DNA of 64,000 nt, taken from an uncultured Planctomycetia bacterium (GTDB taxonomy: Bacteria > Omnitrophota > Gorgyraeia > S143-82). The DNA lies in contig CAYXYY010000030.1 of the NCBI GenBank assembly GCA_964469495.1, positions 10,262 through 74,261 on the forward strand. The letters are read 5' to 3'. A program made the translations under genes and the position numbers. Below, in pieces: positions 28,554 to 38,930 of this stretch. Position 1 is the stretch's first letter. Every line of letters starts with the position of its first letter. Under the pieces are notes generated by a model, which did not search any database, was not told the DNA's origin, and was given only the letters and a program-made list of their open reading frames with translations.

Positions 28554-29786
28554 TTATTTTACTGTATCGCCGACTTGTATCTCCTCATCTCCATAGATGT
28601 CAAGTATATCAGCTGCGCAGATCTTTTTCCTGACCATTACAACCTTAACACGCGCTATCTTTGTGCCATCTCTTAACACATCAAACTCCATATCCTTGAC
28701 AACGCCGTCTTTCTCCCCTATATCCACTACAACAAAGTTATTAGCTTCATTGACCGCTATAACCTTACCTTTTAACTTAAGGCCGGCGGATACAACCGAG
28801 CTGTCTTTATCCACGACTATCGGCGGCAGATCCACAATAGAAGATTTGGACGTATTATCCACCTTTTTCTTGACTGTGCTCATTTTATCCGTCATTTCCA
28901 TTATATTAGAGATACCTTCACGTATAATCGTATCCATATCCTCCAAGTTTCTCTTAAGCACATCTCTCTCTTCCTCTGTTGAAGCCAACTGCCTTTCAAG
29001 ATAGGTCTCTGATTTCGTGAGTTTCATCACGCGCGTCTTCATCTGTTTGTTCTCGCTATCTATTTTATCAAGCATCTGCCTCATAGCGCGGCGGTTTTCC
29101 TTCTCTCTCACAAAATCTCTTGAAAGGATTGCAACCATCCTTCTCGTATAATCAAGCTGTCTTTGAAGTTCGTCATTCTTTCTTTCCAGATTAGACAACT
29201 TTATCTCCAATTCCAATTTTTTCTGCAGGGCTTCTTTCCTATCCAATTTTGCCTGACGCAGCTCTGATTTAAGCTCGTCTATCTTTGCCTGAAGCTCGGC
29301 CTTGCTCTGAACAACGTCCGCCCAAAAATCATCTTGAGGAATCTCTTTAACCTCTTTCTTGGCAAGTTTCTTTTCTTCTTCCAACGTCTTGACTTTTACC
29401 TTTAATTCACCCAATTCTTCCTTTTTCTTGTCTAATTCGTCCTCCAGATCCGAAACTTTATCCTTTAACTTCGCCTTATCTTTCAAGACTTCTTCATATT
29501 TTGTCTTATAATTTTGTTTCTCCAGCTTCAAGGAATCAATCTGCGATTTATATGCGGTAATATCCTTCTCAAGGGAGGAAATCTTTGACTGCAATGAGGC
29601 CTTTTCTTTCTTTAAATTGCCTATATCCGTGTTGAGCTTGGAAAGTTTGGCATCGTATTTTCTGACTGTCTCTCTAAGGGAGCGTTTCAGTCCCTCTGAT
29701 TGAGAATAAAACTGAAAAGCAACACCCAAGACAACCAGAATCAATACAACTAATCCGACGATAAGAACCTTAGACTTATCCATCAT
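28554..29786 (-). CDS. Membrane-anchored long coiled-coil protein with a small C-terminal beta-rich domain.
   Basis: An N-terminal TM helix (VLIVGLVVLILVVLGVAF) is followed by about 300 aa of heptad-rich K/E/L sequence. The C-terminus is GKVIAVNEANNFVVVDIGEKDGV... There is a 1-nt gap to the downstream GspF-like gene. Confidence 0.45.
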   Translation of the reverse strand: MMDKSKVLIVGLVVLILVVLGVAFQFYSQSEGLKRSLRETVRKYDAKLSKLNTDIGNLKKEKASLQSKISSLEKDITAYKSQIDSLKLEKQNYKTKYEEVLKDKAKLKDKVSDLEDELDKKKEELGELKVKVKTLEEEKKLAKKEVKEIPQDDFWADVVQSKAELQAKIDELKSELRQAKLDRKEALQKKLELEIKLSNLERKNDELQRQLDYTRRMVAILSRDFVREKENRRAMRQMLDKIDSENKQMKTRVMKLTKSETYLERQLASTEEERDVLKRNLEDMDTIIREGISNIMEMTDKMSTVKKKVDNTSKSSIVDLPPIVVDKDSSVVSAGLKLKGKVIAVNEANNFVVVDIGEKDGVVKDMEFDVLRDGTKIARVKVVMVRKKICAADILDIYGDEEIQVGDTVK

Positions 29787-29826
29787 CCCCCCTTTTTTGG
29801 ATACAACTATCCTAACTTAAAAAAAA

Positions 29827-31041
29827 CTATAACTGGGCAAATACATTTCTCATCACAAGGCTAGATGCGCCTAATGCAACCGAATACTCACCTAACCTTG
29901 AAGGCACTATCCTCACCGCGGCTGCCATCTCATGAAACGCCCATGAATCCACTGTAGAGCGGATCTCATCCATTAATTCACTGCCCAATCTTTCTATCCC
30001 GCCGCCAATAATCAAGACCTGCGGATTAAGCAAATTCGTCAAAAATGCCGCCTTTAATCCAAGACACTTTGCCTTTTCTCTAATAACTTCCTTAACCAAA
30101 GCATCTCCTTTGGCAGCAGCCTCAATCACCTTATCAAAATCCAATTTATCCAAATCACCGCCCAAAGACTGAACAAGCGGACTTATATCGTCTCTCTTCT
30201 TTTTCAATCGTTTTTTCAACTCAGCAATAATACCTAAATCAGCAGGCACCCGGCTTGTAAAACAGGCCTCAGCAGGTGATTCCCCCTCATTGGCAATAGA
30301 AAGTTCTCCCGCGCTTCCTGTACTGCCGCGATAAAGTTCACCATTAAGTATTATACCACACCCAACGCCGGAGAACAAATATAACATATTCTCAACATCA
30401 GAATCCAGATAAAACCAGTACTCTCCAAAAGCAGAAACAGTGGCATCATTTTCAACTAAAACAGGCAGGCCAAAATCCCTTTCTATGTATTCTCTCAAAG
30501 GCACATAAATAGACACATAATCCAATTTATCGTCGCCAACCTTTTCCGGCCACTTTATCGTCCCTGCCTGACGGTTTACAACCCCTCCAATACCTATACC
30601 AATTCCCTTTATCTTAGACTTATCACCGTCAAACTGCCCCATAAGTTCGGACAAAATTTTCCTTATAGTTGAAAGGATATCCTTTATCCCCATTGTCTCA
30701 GGCTTTATCTTTATCTCGCTGAGTATCTGGCCGTCTATGTTCGTAATAACAGCAACCAGTGAATTCATATTCACGCCAACACCAATCGCATATGAGGCAT
30801 CGGCATTGAGATCCAATAGTACTGCCCGCCGTCCGCCCTGTGAAACGTCCAAATCCTTTTCAACAACCAAATCCGTATCTATGAAGTGATTGATATAGTT
30901 GGTCACTGTGACGACGTTAAGCCCGACCATATTAGAGATTTCCGCCTTGGTAAGAGGACCGGCCTTACGCAAACTCTCCAATATAGCTACGTTTCGTCTG
31001 GCTCTTTCGCTAAAACGAACGTTATCTTTTAGGCCCTCCAT
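29827..31041 (-). CDS. ROK-family transcriptional regulator (NagC/XylR-like).
   Basis: An N-terminal HTH (LTKAEISNMVGLNVVTVTNYINHFI) is followed by a ROK sugar-kinase-like fold with GIGIGIGGVV and a Cys/His zinc site. Confidence 0.8.
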   Translation of the reverse strand: MEGLKDNVRFSERARRNVAILESLRKAGPLTKAEISNMVGLNVVTVTNYINHFIDTDLVVEKDLDVSQGGRRAVLLDLNADASYAIGVGVNMNSLVAVITNIDGQILSEIKIKPETMGIKDILSTIRKILSELMGQFDGDKSKIKGIGIGIGGVVNRQAGTIKWPEKVGDDKLDYVSIYVPLREYIERDFGLPVLVENDATVSAFGEYWFYLDSDVENMLYLFSGVGCGIILNGELYRGSTGSAGELSIANEGESPAEACFTSRVPADLGIIAELKKRLKKKRDDISPLVQSLGGDLDKLDFDKVIEAAAKGDALVKEVIREKAKCLGLKAAFLTNLLNPQVLIIGGGIERLGSELMDEIRSTVDSWAFHEMAAAVRIVPSRLGEYSVALGASSLVMRNVFAQL

Positions 31042-31053
31042 CTTAACTCCTTT

Positions 31054-33753
31054 CTAAAACTGCTTTTCATACACTAATCTAAAAATATGCCTCGTATCCA
31101 ATGCGCTCATATGCCAGTAATCGCTGTCCGAATCATATCCGGCATATTCTCCCCACATCGCCTTTAGATATTCTTCTTCTGAGAAATTATATTTATATCC
31201 CACAAAAAAGTTGTTGTGAGACTCGTAATCCAAATTTCCTTCTATTTCATACTTATACACGTCGTATAAACGTGAATACGTATATGAGAAAAACATCTCT
31301 GCCTTTGGTCCGAGTTTATATAATGCCTCAAACCCAAAGTGACTGCCATTGTCGTCTATGCCCGGCATTGCATATTTATTCTGGTTCTTTGTAAAAGAAA
31401 ACGTAAGCTGTAAATCCTCTAACGGAGTTAAACCAGTCTTCATTTTTATTATATGATAATAATCATATGGGGGCAAGCCAAATATGCTCTGATCGTATAA
31501 AAAAGGAACAATTTTATCCCACATATAATCGCCTATTATTTCATCTGTGACATAAGTGCTGCACAAAAGTACCCTTGGGAAAACCATAGGGTCATTTGTC
31601 TCTTCAAAACCGAGTTCAAAATAGGCATTATCGTCGATATCATAACGGCCGGCTATACCAAAATGGCCGATAGAAGGATCCTTTCCCGCCTCTATTGCCG
31701 TGTTTTGCAAAGCCTCATTTTGCCCGCTGTAATAGTCGCTGATGTCATATAGGTTGTCCGCATAGATTAACGGGTCCTTATCAACCTCTGTATCAGGCAA
31801 TGCCTTATACCAAGCCAAGGCTTTCAATGTTAACTTATCAACAGGTGAAGCCGTTGCCTCTAATCTGCCAAGGGTCTCTATGGGAACGCCTCCATCACTA
31901 TGGACGTTTCTGACAAACACGTCCCAATTCGTATTCCATAAATCGAAATTCGCATATATCCCGGCAGCGGACCTGCCTCTGTCTATCCCATCGCCATAAG
32001 TCTCTATGCCTTTCTTGCGATTTTCTTCTTCGTCAAAGGTTATGTGCTTGCTCGCCTCTGTCTCTATCCTCGTATATCTATATGAGGAAAGTCCCGGTGA
32101 AAATTTATCTCCCATATAGTTATAGTAAAATTCTATTTTATTAATAGGCCAATGCAATGGTTGGAATTTTATTCCATATGCATAATCATCATAATACGTT
32201 TTCGTATCGTTGGCTTCATCAATTGTTGAAGAACTGTGGGCAACCTCACCTGATACCAAAACACCAAACAATTGTTTTGCCCCATCAATAGCCCACACAT
32301 AATTTTCAGCCTCAAGGTCATCACTGTCATTGAATCCCAGCTTTGAACTAAAAAAGGCTCCTATATAATCATTGGAATCGTCCTCAAAATAATATTTCCA
32401 ACGCGTTGCCCCGTCCAATGAATTGACATCTGAATAATCATCCCACAATGTCATAGGCAAGGCAATTGTGGCTTGCCCTTCAACAGAACCTTCTTTAATA
32501 GAAAAGCTGGCTCCCCTTAAATACGTAAGCCTTTCCCATTCACTATCACGAACGTATGCAGATATATTATGCTGCCATTTCCCTCCTTTAAGCGGATATC
32601 CAGGCCTTAAAAACCTACGGCTTGGGCTATACGTATCTATCCACGGGCTTTCTTCCCAATCTTTCCTATTATCAGAAAGCCGCATAAGATCGTCGCTCTT
32701 CAACGCCTCTTGCTGCGATGAAATCAGAAATACTTTGCCGCTAAATCCATCCGATTCATTTCCGTAATCAAACCATAGTTTTCTGATTATATTCCACCTC
32801 TCGTGGAGATCTTCCCCCCCAATTGTATTGAAATCAGTGTACCAATCATAAATACCCGTTGGAGTGTATGGAGAAAGTTTTCCATCAACTACCTTGATAT
32901 TGTTAAAAACCAATATATTGCCATATTTTGTCCTGAATGTTTCATTCATTGTCTGCCCGGTTGCAAAGAAATATTTCAATCTAACATTTGCTGAATCCAA
33001 ACCATTCGTACTTGTCACCTCGGCATCTATTGTGCCAACGTATGACCATGGGTCCAAAACTAATTGCGCATACAAATTTATCGCATCAGAAAAATCTGTA
33101 TCTATATTTAGTTCCAGTCTATCATAGACCTTTGGATCAAACGTATTTTCATGTTCTTCACCCCAGATATAGCGCCAGTTCTTCTCGTATGGAACAGCAT
33201 TCTTATCCGGATTGGCATCCTTCCATAGTATATCTCCGTCGGAATTCACCTCCCCTGCCAATCTGATCTTACCTGTTATATGGACATTAGAATCGGTTTT
33301 ATCCTCTGCAGACTCACTCGGCATGTGTGTTATAGGCGCAGGTTTTTTAGGAGATATTTCTGAAGGGCTTTGCATAACCTTATTCGATCCTGCAGCCAGT
33401 TTCTGTTCCATATACGCCTTCATTGCAAACCTGCCTGCGTTTTCTTCTTCATGCAAGGCCCTTTCCCCCTCTTCCAAACTCGCCAAAAAATCTGCCATTG
33501 CAACCTTTTTTTTCTGCTCCTCGCATAAGATTTCAACACCTTTTAGAGACACAATAACAGCCAATGCTTCTTTATTTTCCGGATCTTGATCTAATGCAGA
33601 TAATGCATCTTCATAGGCTGATTGATAGTCTTTCATGGCAAATTCCTCTTTGGCAAGTTGGGCATAATAACTTGCCTGACTAGCCCTTGCAATTCCCTGC
33701 GCCAAAAACGTTATCAATAAAAAAAATAATAAAACTCTTTCTATTCTAAACAC
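31054..33753 (-). CDS. Large secreted protein (899 aa) with an N-terminal TPR-like segment and an aromatic C-terminus. It is probably an outer-membrane beta-barrel.
   Basis: It has a signal peptide and ends ...RLVYEKQF. The C-terminal half is rich in Y/W/G/D, as in beta-barrels. It is the first gene of the glycan-utilisation-like cluster. Confidence 0.4.
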   Translation of the reverse strand: MFRIERVLLFFLLITFLAQGIARASQASYYAQLAKEEFAMKDYQSAYEDALSALDQDPENKEALAVIVSLKGVEILCEEQKKKVAMADFLASLEEGERALHEEENAGRFAMKAYMEQKLAAGSNKVMQSPSEISPKKPAPITHMPSESAEDKTDSNVHITGKIRLAGEVNSDGDILWKDANPDKNAVPYEKNWRYIWGEEHENTFDPKVYDRLELNIDTDFSDAINLYAQLVLDPWSYVGTIDAEVTSTNGLDSANVRLKYFFATGQTMNETFRTKYGNILVFNNIKVVDGKLSPYTPTGIYDWYTDFNTIGGEDLHERWNIIRKLWFDYGNESDGFSGKVFLISSQQEALKSDDLMRLSDNRKDWEESPWIDTYSPSRRFLRPGYPLKGGKWQHNISAYVRDSEWERLTYLRGASFSIKEGSVEGQATIALPMTLWDDYSDVNSLDGATRWKYYFEDDSNDYIGAFFSSKLGFNDSDDLEAENYVWAIDGAKQLFGVLVSGEVAHSSSTIDEANDTKTYYDDYAYGIKFQPLHWPINKIEFYYNYMGDKFSPGLSSYRYTRIETEASKHITFDEEENRKKGIETYGDGIDRGRSAAGIYANFDLWNTNWDVFVRNVHSDGGVPIETLGRLEATASPVDKLTLKALAWYKALPDTEVDKDPLIYADNLYDISDYYSGQNEALQNTAIEAGKDPSIGHFGIAGRYDIDDNAYFELGFEETNDPMVFPRVLLCSTYVTDEIIGDYMWDKIVPFLYDQSIFGLPPYDYYHIIKMKTGLTPLEDLQLTFSFTKNQNKYAMPGIDDNGSHFGFEALYKLGPKAEMFFSYTYSRLYDVYKYEIEGNLDYESHNNFFVGYKYNFSEEEYLKAMWGEYAGYDSDSDYWHMSALDTRHIFRLVYEKQF

Positions 33754-33778
33754 TACAATCCTCCTTTAAAATAACTAT

Positions 33779-35170
33779 TTATCCAGAGTGTTCTGTTAGT
33801 TCTTTAATCGAACTCTTTACGGCTAAACTCTGCAACTGGCTAGGAGTCTCTCCCTGCCAAAGCGCCTTTAGGACATAATAGGCCTTTTTAGGAATTCTCT
33901 TATTGATACCCTTCTCCCCTTTGCGTCTAGATATTCTAACTATGCCCCACCATTCCTCATTCATATTTAAATTTTTCGGAGCAGCTATATCATGATAATA
34001 GCCTCCACAAGACCAATCCCCTTTCATATCGTGCACCATCCAGGATTTTGGATTAAAATGGTCGCTCTTCCACCATTCATCCGTCCATTCAAAAACTATT
34101 CCTCCTAAAACGTTTCCCCATCCTTTATTCCCGGGCAAATTTTTGCTTATCTCTTTCCACAACTCGCCTATATATAAAGATTGGATGGCCTCATCTTCCC
34201 TTTTTTGGACAGCATCAAGACTGTCTGCCCCAAATTCCATTACAAAGAACGGCTTCTTCCACATATGATGCATATCTCTCCACACATGCCCGAAACTCTT
34301 CCCCAAAAACAGTGTCAATCCAGCGATATCAACGTTTTTACATTCATCCCCGGCTATATCCATAAAACGCGTTCCCCCATTTCCAAGGGCAACGACTCGG
34401 GAAGGATCCATTTGTTTAATCATACCTGCCAATTCATTGACAAAAGAATAATAAATCCTGGCTTTCTCTTCCCTGCGTTTCATGGGGTCCCGTTCCTTTA
34501 TCAATTCCGGTGTTGTCCAGACATTAACGTTTTCTGGACCAAAAGAAAAATTGTTTTCATTACCCAAAACCCACATAATAATGCCCGGTTCATCTTTTAA
34601 CTGCCTCACCATATTCAATACTTCCTGCTTTACATATGAACGGAATGTCCCATCAGCATAATTTGGACTGTTCCAAAAACCAAGCCAATTACCCATAATA
34701 GTATAGATACCGTATTCTTCATACATATACCTTATAAACTGCTTTGCGGCCTCTATATCCGGACTGAGGCAATAAAATCTTATCACGTTAGCCCCCATCT
34801 GCTTTATCAACGGCCCGTCAACATCCGCTAATCTTTTCCCCTGCTTAAAGAAATCAAATTCCCAATTCTTTCCCGGAGGTATTGGTTGATAGACAACTCC
34901 CTTTATAACAAAAGGCCTTCCATATACAGAGAGTATCTGCTGTCCATTATTTGTGGGCACGATTTCAGATATCTTACCCGCAACCTTGATTTCCTTTGTT
35001 GAGAAAGAATTATTATTTCCATTGGCAGATGCCTCAACAGACGCATTATTCAAGAACAAAACAAAACCCATCAAGAACATATAATAGAGTGAGGGGGCAA
35101 CAAGCCCCCTCACTAATACTCTCCAACAGGTCTTTCTATCTATGTGTTTATTCTTCAAAAACAACATCAT
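33779..35170 (-). CDS. Secreted clan GH-A TIM-barrel glycoside hydrolase (GH2/GH5-like catalytic domain only).
   Basis: It has a signal peptide. WVLGNENNF matches the GH-A acid/base motif (WSLGNE in GH2). It is a paralog of the 36412-38328 gene. Confidence 0.55.
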   Translation of the reverse strand: MMLFLKNKHIDRKTCWRVLVRGLVAPSLYYMFLMGFVLFLNNASVEASANGNNNSFSTKEIKVAGKISEIVPTNNGQQILSVYGRPFVIKGVVYQPIPPGKNWEFDFFKQGKRLADVDGPLIKQMGANVIRFYCLSPDIEAAKQFIRYMYEEYGIYTIMGNWLGFWNSPNYADGTFRSYVKQEVLNMVRQLKDEPGIIMWVLGNENNFSFGPENVNVWTTPELIKERDPMKRREEKARIYYSFVNELAGMIKQMDPSRVVALGNGGTRFMDIAGDECKNVDIAGLTLFLGKSFGHVWRDMHHMWKKPFFVMEFGADSLDAVQKREDEAIQSLYIGELWKEISKNLPGNKGWGNVLGGIVFEWTDEWWKSDHFNPKSWMVHDMKGDWSCGGYYHDIAAPKNLNMNEEWWGIVRISRRKGEKGINKRIPKKAYYVLKALWQGETPSQLQSLAVKSSIKELTEHSG

Positions 35171-36344
35171 CTAAATAAAACACGGCTCCTTCAGGATTGA
35201 CATCGGCATTTGTAACCCAGCAAAAACCGCCTATGATATAGGACATATCTTTCCCTGAAAGGTCTATCGTGTACTGCTTCCATTCAGTAGTTAACACTAT
35301 AGGACCTATATCTGCTGCATCTGAATCCGAATACTTGCCCTGAACACCTCCTACCTTGAACTGCTCAATCCTTTCTCCGCCTTTCTCTCCTCTTGCCCAA
35401 AACGTCAACTTCTTGGCCTTGCTAAGATCATATCCACCATCCAAAAGGCCCCAATTGTTTGCAGGATTAAGCCAATAAACACCAGCCCATCTTGCGCCTT
35501 GCGATGCCTTTGCTGTGTATTCAAAACGAATACAGGTATCACCGCTATGAGGATTCTCTTCAGATGCCTCATCCATCTTTATATCACCCCAGTCTCCCAT
35601 ATAACCGGATGGCACATAATGGTTATTAACAGACCTCTTGTCTGTATAAACAGCAAACGGCATAGGTTCTGCGCCTTTCAGGTTTGCCTTTAAGTCAGGA
35701 TCATACTCAAGTTTGATATCATCGAGGTAAAACGTACATCCGTCGGGATTCTGCCCCGCCTGCAAAATAAAAGCAAAACCGCCACTGATATAGCTCAAAT
35801 CCTTTCCAACGAGATTTATCGTATACTGCTGCCACTCATCACTAAGCTGTACAGGGCCAAAATCCACTTCCGTTGTATCTGCATAAGAACCCTTGATGCC
35901 TCCTACTATAAACTTAGCGATTATTTCATCTCCGTACTCTCCTCTTGCCCAGAAGGTCAATTTATTCATTGCAGATAAATCATAACCACCCTGCTTAGTT
36001 CCCCAGTTATTTGCGGGATTCTGCCAATAGACCCCAACCCAACCTTTCTTCTGACTTTTGTCAGCAGTATAAATAACCTGGATGCAGGTCTTGCCTTCTT
36101 TTACGTTTTCCGTGTATTCCTCATTCAAACGAACATCATTGTAATCGCCCATATAACCCGATGGGATATAGTGATTACCCGGAGCCCCTTTGTCGGAATA
36201 TATATAAAATAAATCCTTGTTGGAAACCTGAATTCCTTCCGTCTTTGCCGCGTGCGCCATTCCACAGGCAAAGAATACCCCTGCTAAGATGACTGCCCAA
36301 ATCCTGCGCATAACCATACCTCCTTTTTTAGACCTATAACACAA
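35148..36344 (-). CDS. Secreted protein made of two tandem ~190-aa repeats. It is probably a carbohydrate-binding protein.
   Basis: The internal duplication is obvious: ...NHYIPSGYMGDYNDVRLNE...GWVGVYWQNPANNWG...GGYDLS...KLTFWARGE versus ...NHYVPSGYMGDWGDIKMDE...RWAGVYWLNPANNWG...GGYDLS...KLTFWARGE. A signal peptide is present. The likely start is an internal Met near 36317. Confidence 0.5.
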   Translation of the reverse strand: MCYRSKKGGMVMRRIWAVILAGVFFACGMAHAAKTEGIQVSNKDLFYIYSDKGAPGNHYIPSGYMGDYNDVRLNEEYTENVKEGKTCIQVIYTADKSQKKGWVGVYWQNPANNWGTKQGGYDLSAMNKLTFWARGEYGDEIIAKFIVGGIKGSYADTTEVDFGPVQLSDEWQQYTINLVGKDLSYISGGFAFILQAGQNPDGCTFYLDDIKLEYDPDLKANLKGAEPMPFAVYTDKRSVNNHYVPSGYMGDWGDIKMDEASEENPHSGDTCIRFEYTAKASQGARWAGVYWLNPANNWGLLDGGYDLSKAKKLTFWARGEKGGERIEQFKVGGVQGKYSDSDAADIGPIVLTTEWKQYTIDLSGKDMSYIIGGFCWVTNADVNPEGAVFYLDDVVFEE

Positions 36345-36411
36345 TTTACCTTATTTTGCTATTTTACACAAATAATCCCTTTTAGTCAAATACTTTTAAA
36401 AAAAGTTTTAA

Positions 36412-38328
36412 TTAATCCATCCATGCTTTTCGTAAATATTCATATGCTTTTCTAACAACGCGCATAAAGGGACTATATTCAGGATCTCCCTGTCCTGTTA
36501 TTCCAAGCCACTCCTCATACATAAAACCATCCAAAAACGGCCCAGCCCATCTGGTTTCCGTATTATGTTTAAACGGCTCATATGCCTTCCACCATTCATC
36601 CGTCCATTCAAATGCAAAACCACCAATAGAATTGCCAACGCCCCAATCGTAATCAGCAGAATTGTAAAGTATATCCTCCCAACAACCGAGGTAATACATG
36701 GCCTGACCTTCTTCCGCGGCCTCAACAGACAGGCCCTTGCCATAAGCAGGACACCCGTACTCTGTTATCATAGCCGCTTTATCAGGAGCCAAGACAAAAA
36801 CCTTTTCCCAGATGTCTCCAAAACCGGCATTCCCGCGATATGCGTTCATCCCAACAATATCAACATCCGGGCAATACTTGGCCAGTTTATCCAAAAACAG
36901 CACATCGCCATTACATATGGCAACCGGCCTTGTGGGATCTATTTTTTTTATCATCTTCGCCACCTCATTTACGAATTTATAATATGCATCCGGTTTTTCT
37001 TTTGCATTATTAGCAACGCCATAGTTGTTTTCATTGCCCAAAAGCCAAAACAATACATACGGTTCATCCTTAAATTGCTCGACCAATTCTTTTACGTGAC
37101 GCTTCATATTCTCCTGCTGTTTTTTATTCGTATAATCCGTTCCCTCTTCCCATGTAGCTCCACTGCCTATGGTATACATACCAAGGAAATCACTCATAAC
37201 AAAACGTATGCCAAAACGCTCGTACATATCTTTTAATAATATCTTGTTTAATTTTTCTTCCGGCAGACGATATATCCTAAGGGTATTAGCGCCCATCTCT
37301 TTAAGCAGGCTTAAATCGCCCACTGCCGACTCATCTTTGTCCTGCTTTCCGTTTCTGTTCCAGTCAATCCACGCGTCATACGGCCCGTCGATTAATCCGT
37401 TTTTATTATAGTCATAAAACATCCAGTTGCGCATCGTACCGTCATCCGGACTCTGACCTATCTTTGTGGTAGCATATGTAATCCCCTTGATTATATACGG
37501 CTTGCCATCAACCAATAACTGCCACGAGCCGTCTTTGTACTTTACAAGCTGCGTGTTTTTGCCTCCCTTTTTCTCAACTATATCTTTTAGTCCATGTTTC
37601 CTTTTGTGAGGCAAGACATCATCTTCACTTTCAACGTGTACTATCTTGCCCGGCCATACAACAACTTGGTCATTTAAGATGTTATTATCTTCTCCATTCT
37701 TTATAATTATTTTGGCATCAACCAGTTTCATCTTTAATTCAGGATATCTCCTTGTCAAATACCTTATCCGATGCAGAGAGGCAGGCCCTATATACCAAGG
37801 GGTATGCCAATAGGTCCAGCCATTTGCATAGGGGAAATGTATCACTATAGAATAATAGGCCTTTATTGCGTGCTTTATCAGGCCTGCTTCCTCTAAAATA
37901 GTTGCTATGTAAAACTGTCTTACGCCCGGCGGTTCAGGGGCAGAACACCATTTATAAAAATTTGCAAGCAAGTCCCTGCCATGAACAAAATCCCAATGAT
38001 TGCCCTTTAATAATCCCTGTTTTTTATATTCTATATACTTGGGATCCCAACGAAAACTCGTGGAGTTCGGGTAAATACCTTCTCCTGTTGCATTGGCAAG
38101 GCCCTCCTGATCCTTTACAACGTATTTATACTGAGCAGTTCCCACATTCTGAAATTCTCCATACTTTTCATAATCCACTATGTCTTCCTTGCCGTAGTTA
38201 TAAAGAGAAAACGCGGGAGAAGGCAATGGATTGGTATAAGGAAGGAATGTTTCTCTTTTTGCGCATGCAGAAGAGACCATTAATAAAAAACACATGCCTA
38301 TGCAGATTAATGATCTCGATCTATTCAT
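36412..38328 (-). CDS. Secreted clan GH-A TIM-barrel glycoside hydrolase (638 aa). It is a paralog of 33779-35170 with an additional N-terminal domain.
   Basis: It has a signal peptide and the motifs WLLGNENNYG and ITEYGCPAYG. The C-terminus (EEWLGITG) is shared with its paralog. Confidence 0.55.
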   Translation of the reverse strand: MNRSRSLICIGMCFLLMVSSACAKRETFLPYTNPLPSPAFSLYNYGKEDIVDYEKYGEFQNVGTAQYKYVVKDQEGLANATGEGIYPNSTSFRWDPKYIEYKKQGLLKGNHWDFVHGRDLLANFYKWCSAPEPPGVRQFYIATILEEAGLIKHAIKAYYSIVIHFPYANGWTYWHTPWYIGPASLHRIRYLTRRYPELKMKLVDAKIIIKNGEDNNILNDQVVVWPGKIVHVESEDDVLPHKRKHGLKDIVEKKGGKNTQLVKYKDGSWQLLVDGKPYIIKGITYATTKIGQSPDDGTMRNWMFYDYNKNGLIDGPYDAWIDWNRNGKQDKDESAVGDLSLLKEMGANTLRIYRLPEEKLNKILLKDMYERFGIRFVMSDFLGMYTIGSGATWEEGTDYTNKKQQENMKRHVKELVEQFKDEPYVLFWLLGNENNYGVANNAKEKPDAYYKFVNEVAKMIKKIDPTRPVAICNGDVLFLDKLAKYCPDVDIVGMNAYRGNAGFGDIWEKVFVLAPDKAAMITEYGCPAYGKGLSVEAAEEGQAMYYLGCWEDILYNSADYDWGVGNSIGGFAFEWTDEWWKAYEPFKHNTETRWAGPFLDGFMYEEWLGITGQGDPEYSPFMRVVRKAYEYLRKAWMD

Positions 38329-38914
38329 TATTACACTCCTTTTCTAACTGCTTTAATTTGGCGGAGGCCTCTTCTTTGATGCTCCAATACCAGCCGCGGG
38401 GGTCCCAATTCTGAGACAATGGAAATTTTTCTATAGCAGACTCATAATTTGATTTTGCATTATCACAGTCCCCCATCTTTTGATAACTTTCTGCTTTTAC
38501 GTAATACGACGCGCCGACAGCGTTTAACTCTTTATACTTAAGTTCATCCCCTGCCTTTGGAAAGTGTCCATGTAAGGCCTTTTGCTGACTCAATGCATTA
38601 GATTCAAACCGCTTTATACAGATATCCGCCAGTTTTATAGCGTCTTCATATGCCCTGGCGCCCAAAGCGGCCCATGCCTTTTGTATTACCTTTTCTGCGG
38701 GGGCTTCATCCATTTCCTTCCAATCAACGTCTATGTGCACAGTCTTATCCGTGGTATCTTCCGTAATTAATATATCTTTAGGAAAGACAGGGGCGCCCTT
38801 GCTTGCCGGCTTTAACGTAAGCCTAAACCCCTCTTCTTTATTTTCATCACATCCTGATATAAAAAACACAGAACAAAACAAAGACACTGACAAAAAAATT
38901 GCCCAGATATTCAT
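38321..38914 (-). CDS. Lipoprotein with a TPR-like repeat.
   Basis: The lipobox FISGC follows a signal peptide. A helical hairpin-repeat region (AYEDAIKLADICI...YYVKAESYQKMGDCDNAKSNYESAI) follows. The start is taken at the internal Met. Confidence 0.45.
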   Translation of the reverse strand: MNIWAIFLSVSLFCSVFFISGCDENKEEGFRLTLKPASKGAPVFPKDILITEDTTDKTVHIDVDWKEMDEAPAEKVIQKAWAALGARAYEDAIKLADICIKRFESNALSQQKALHGHFPKAGDELKYKELNAVGASYYVKAESYQKMGDCDNAKSNYESAIEKFPLSQNWDPRGWYWSIKEEASAKLKQLEKECNNE

Positions 38915-38930
38915 AAGTCCTCTCTTTCTG

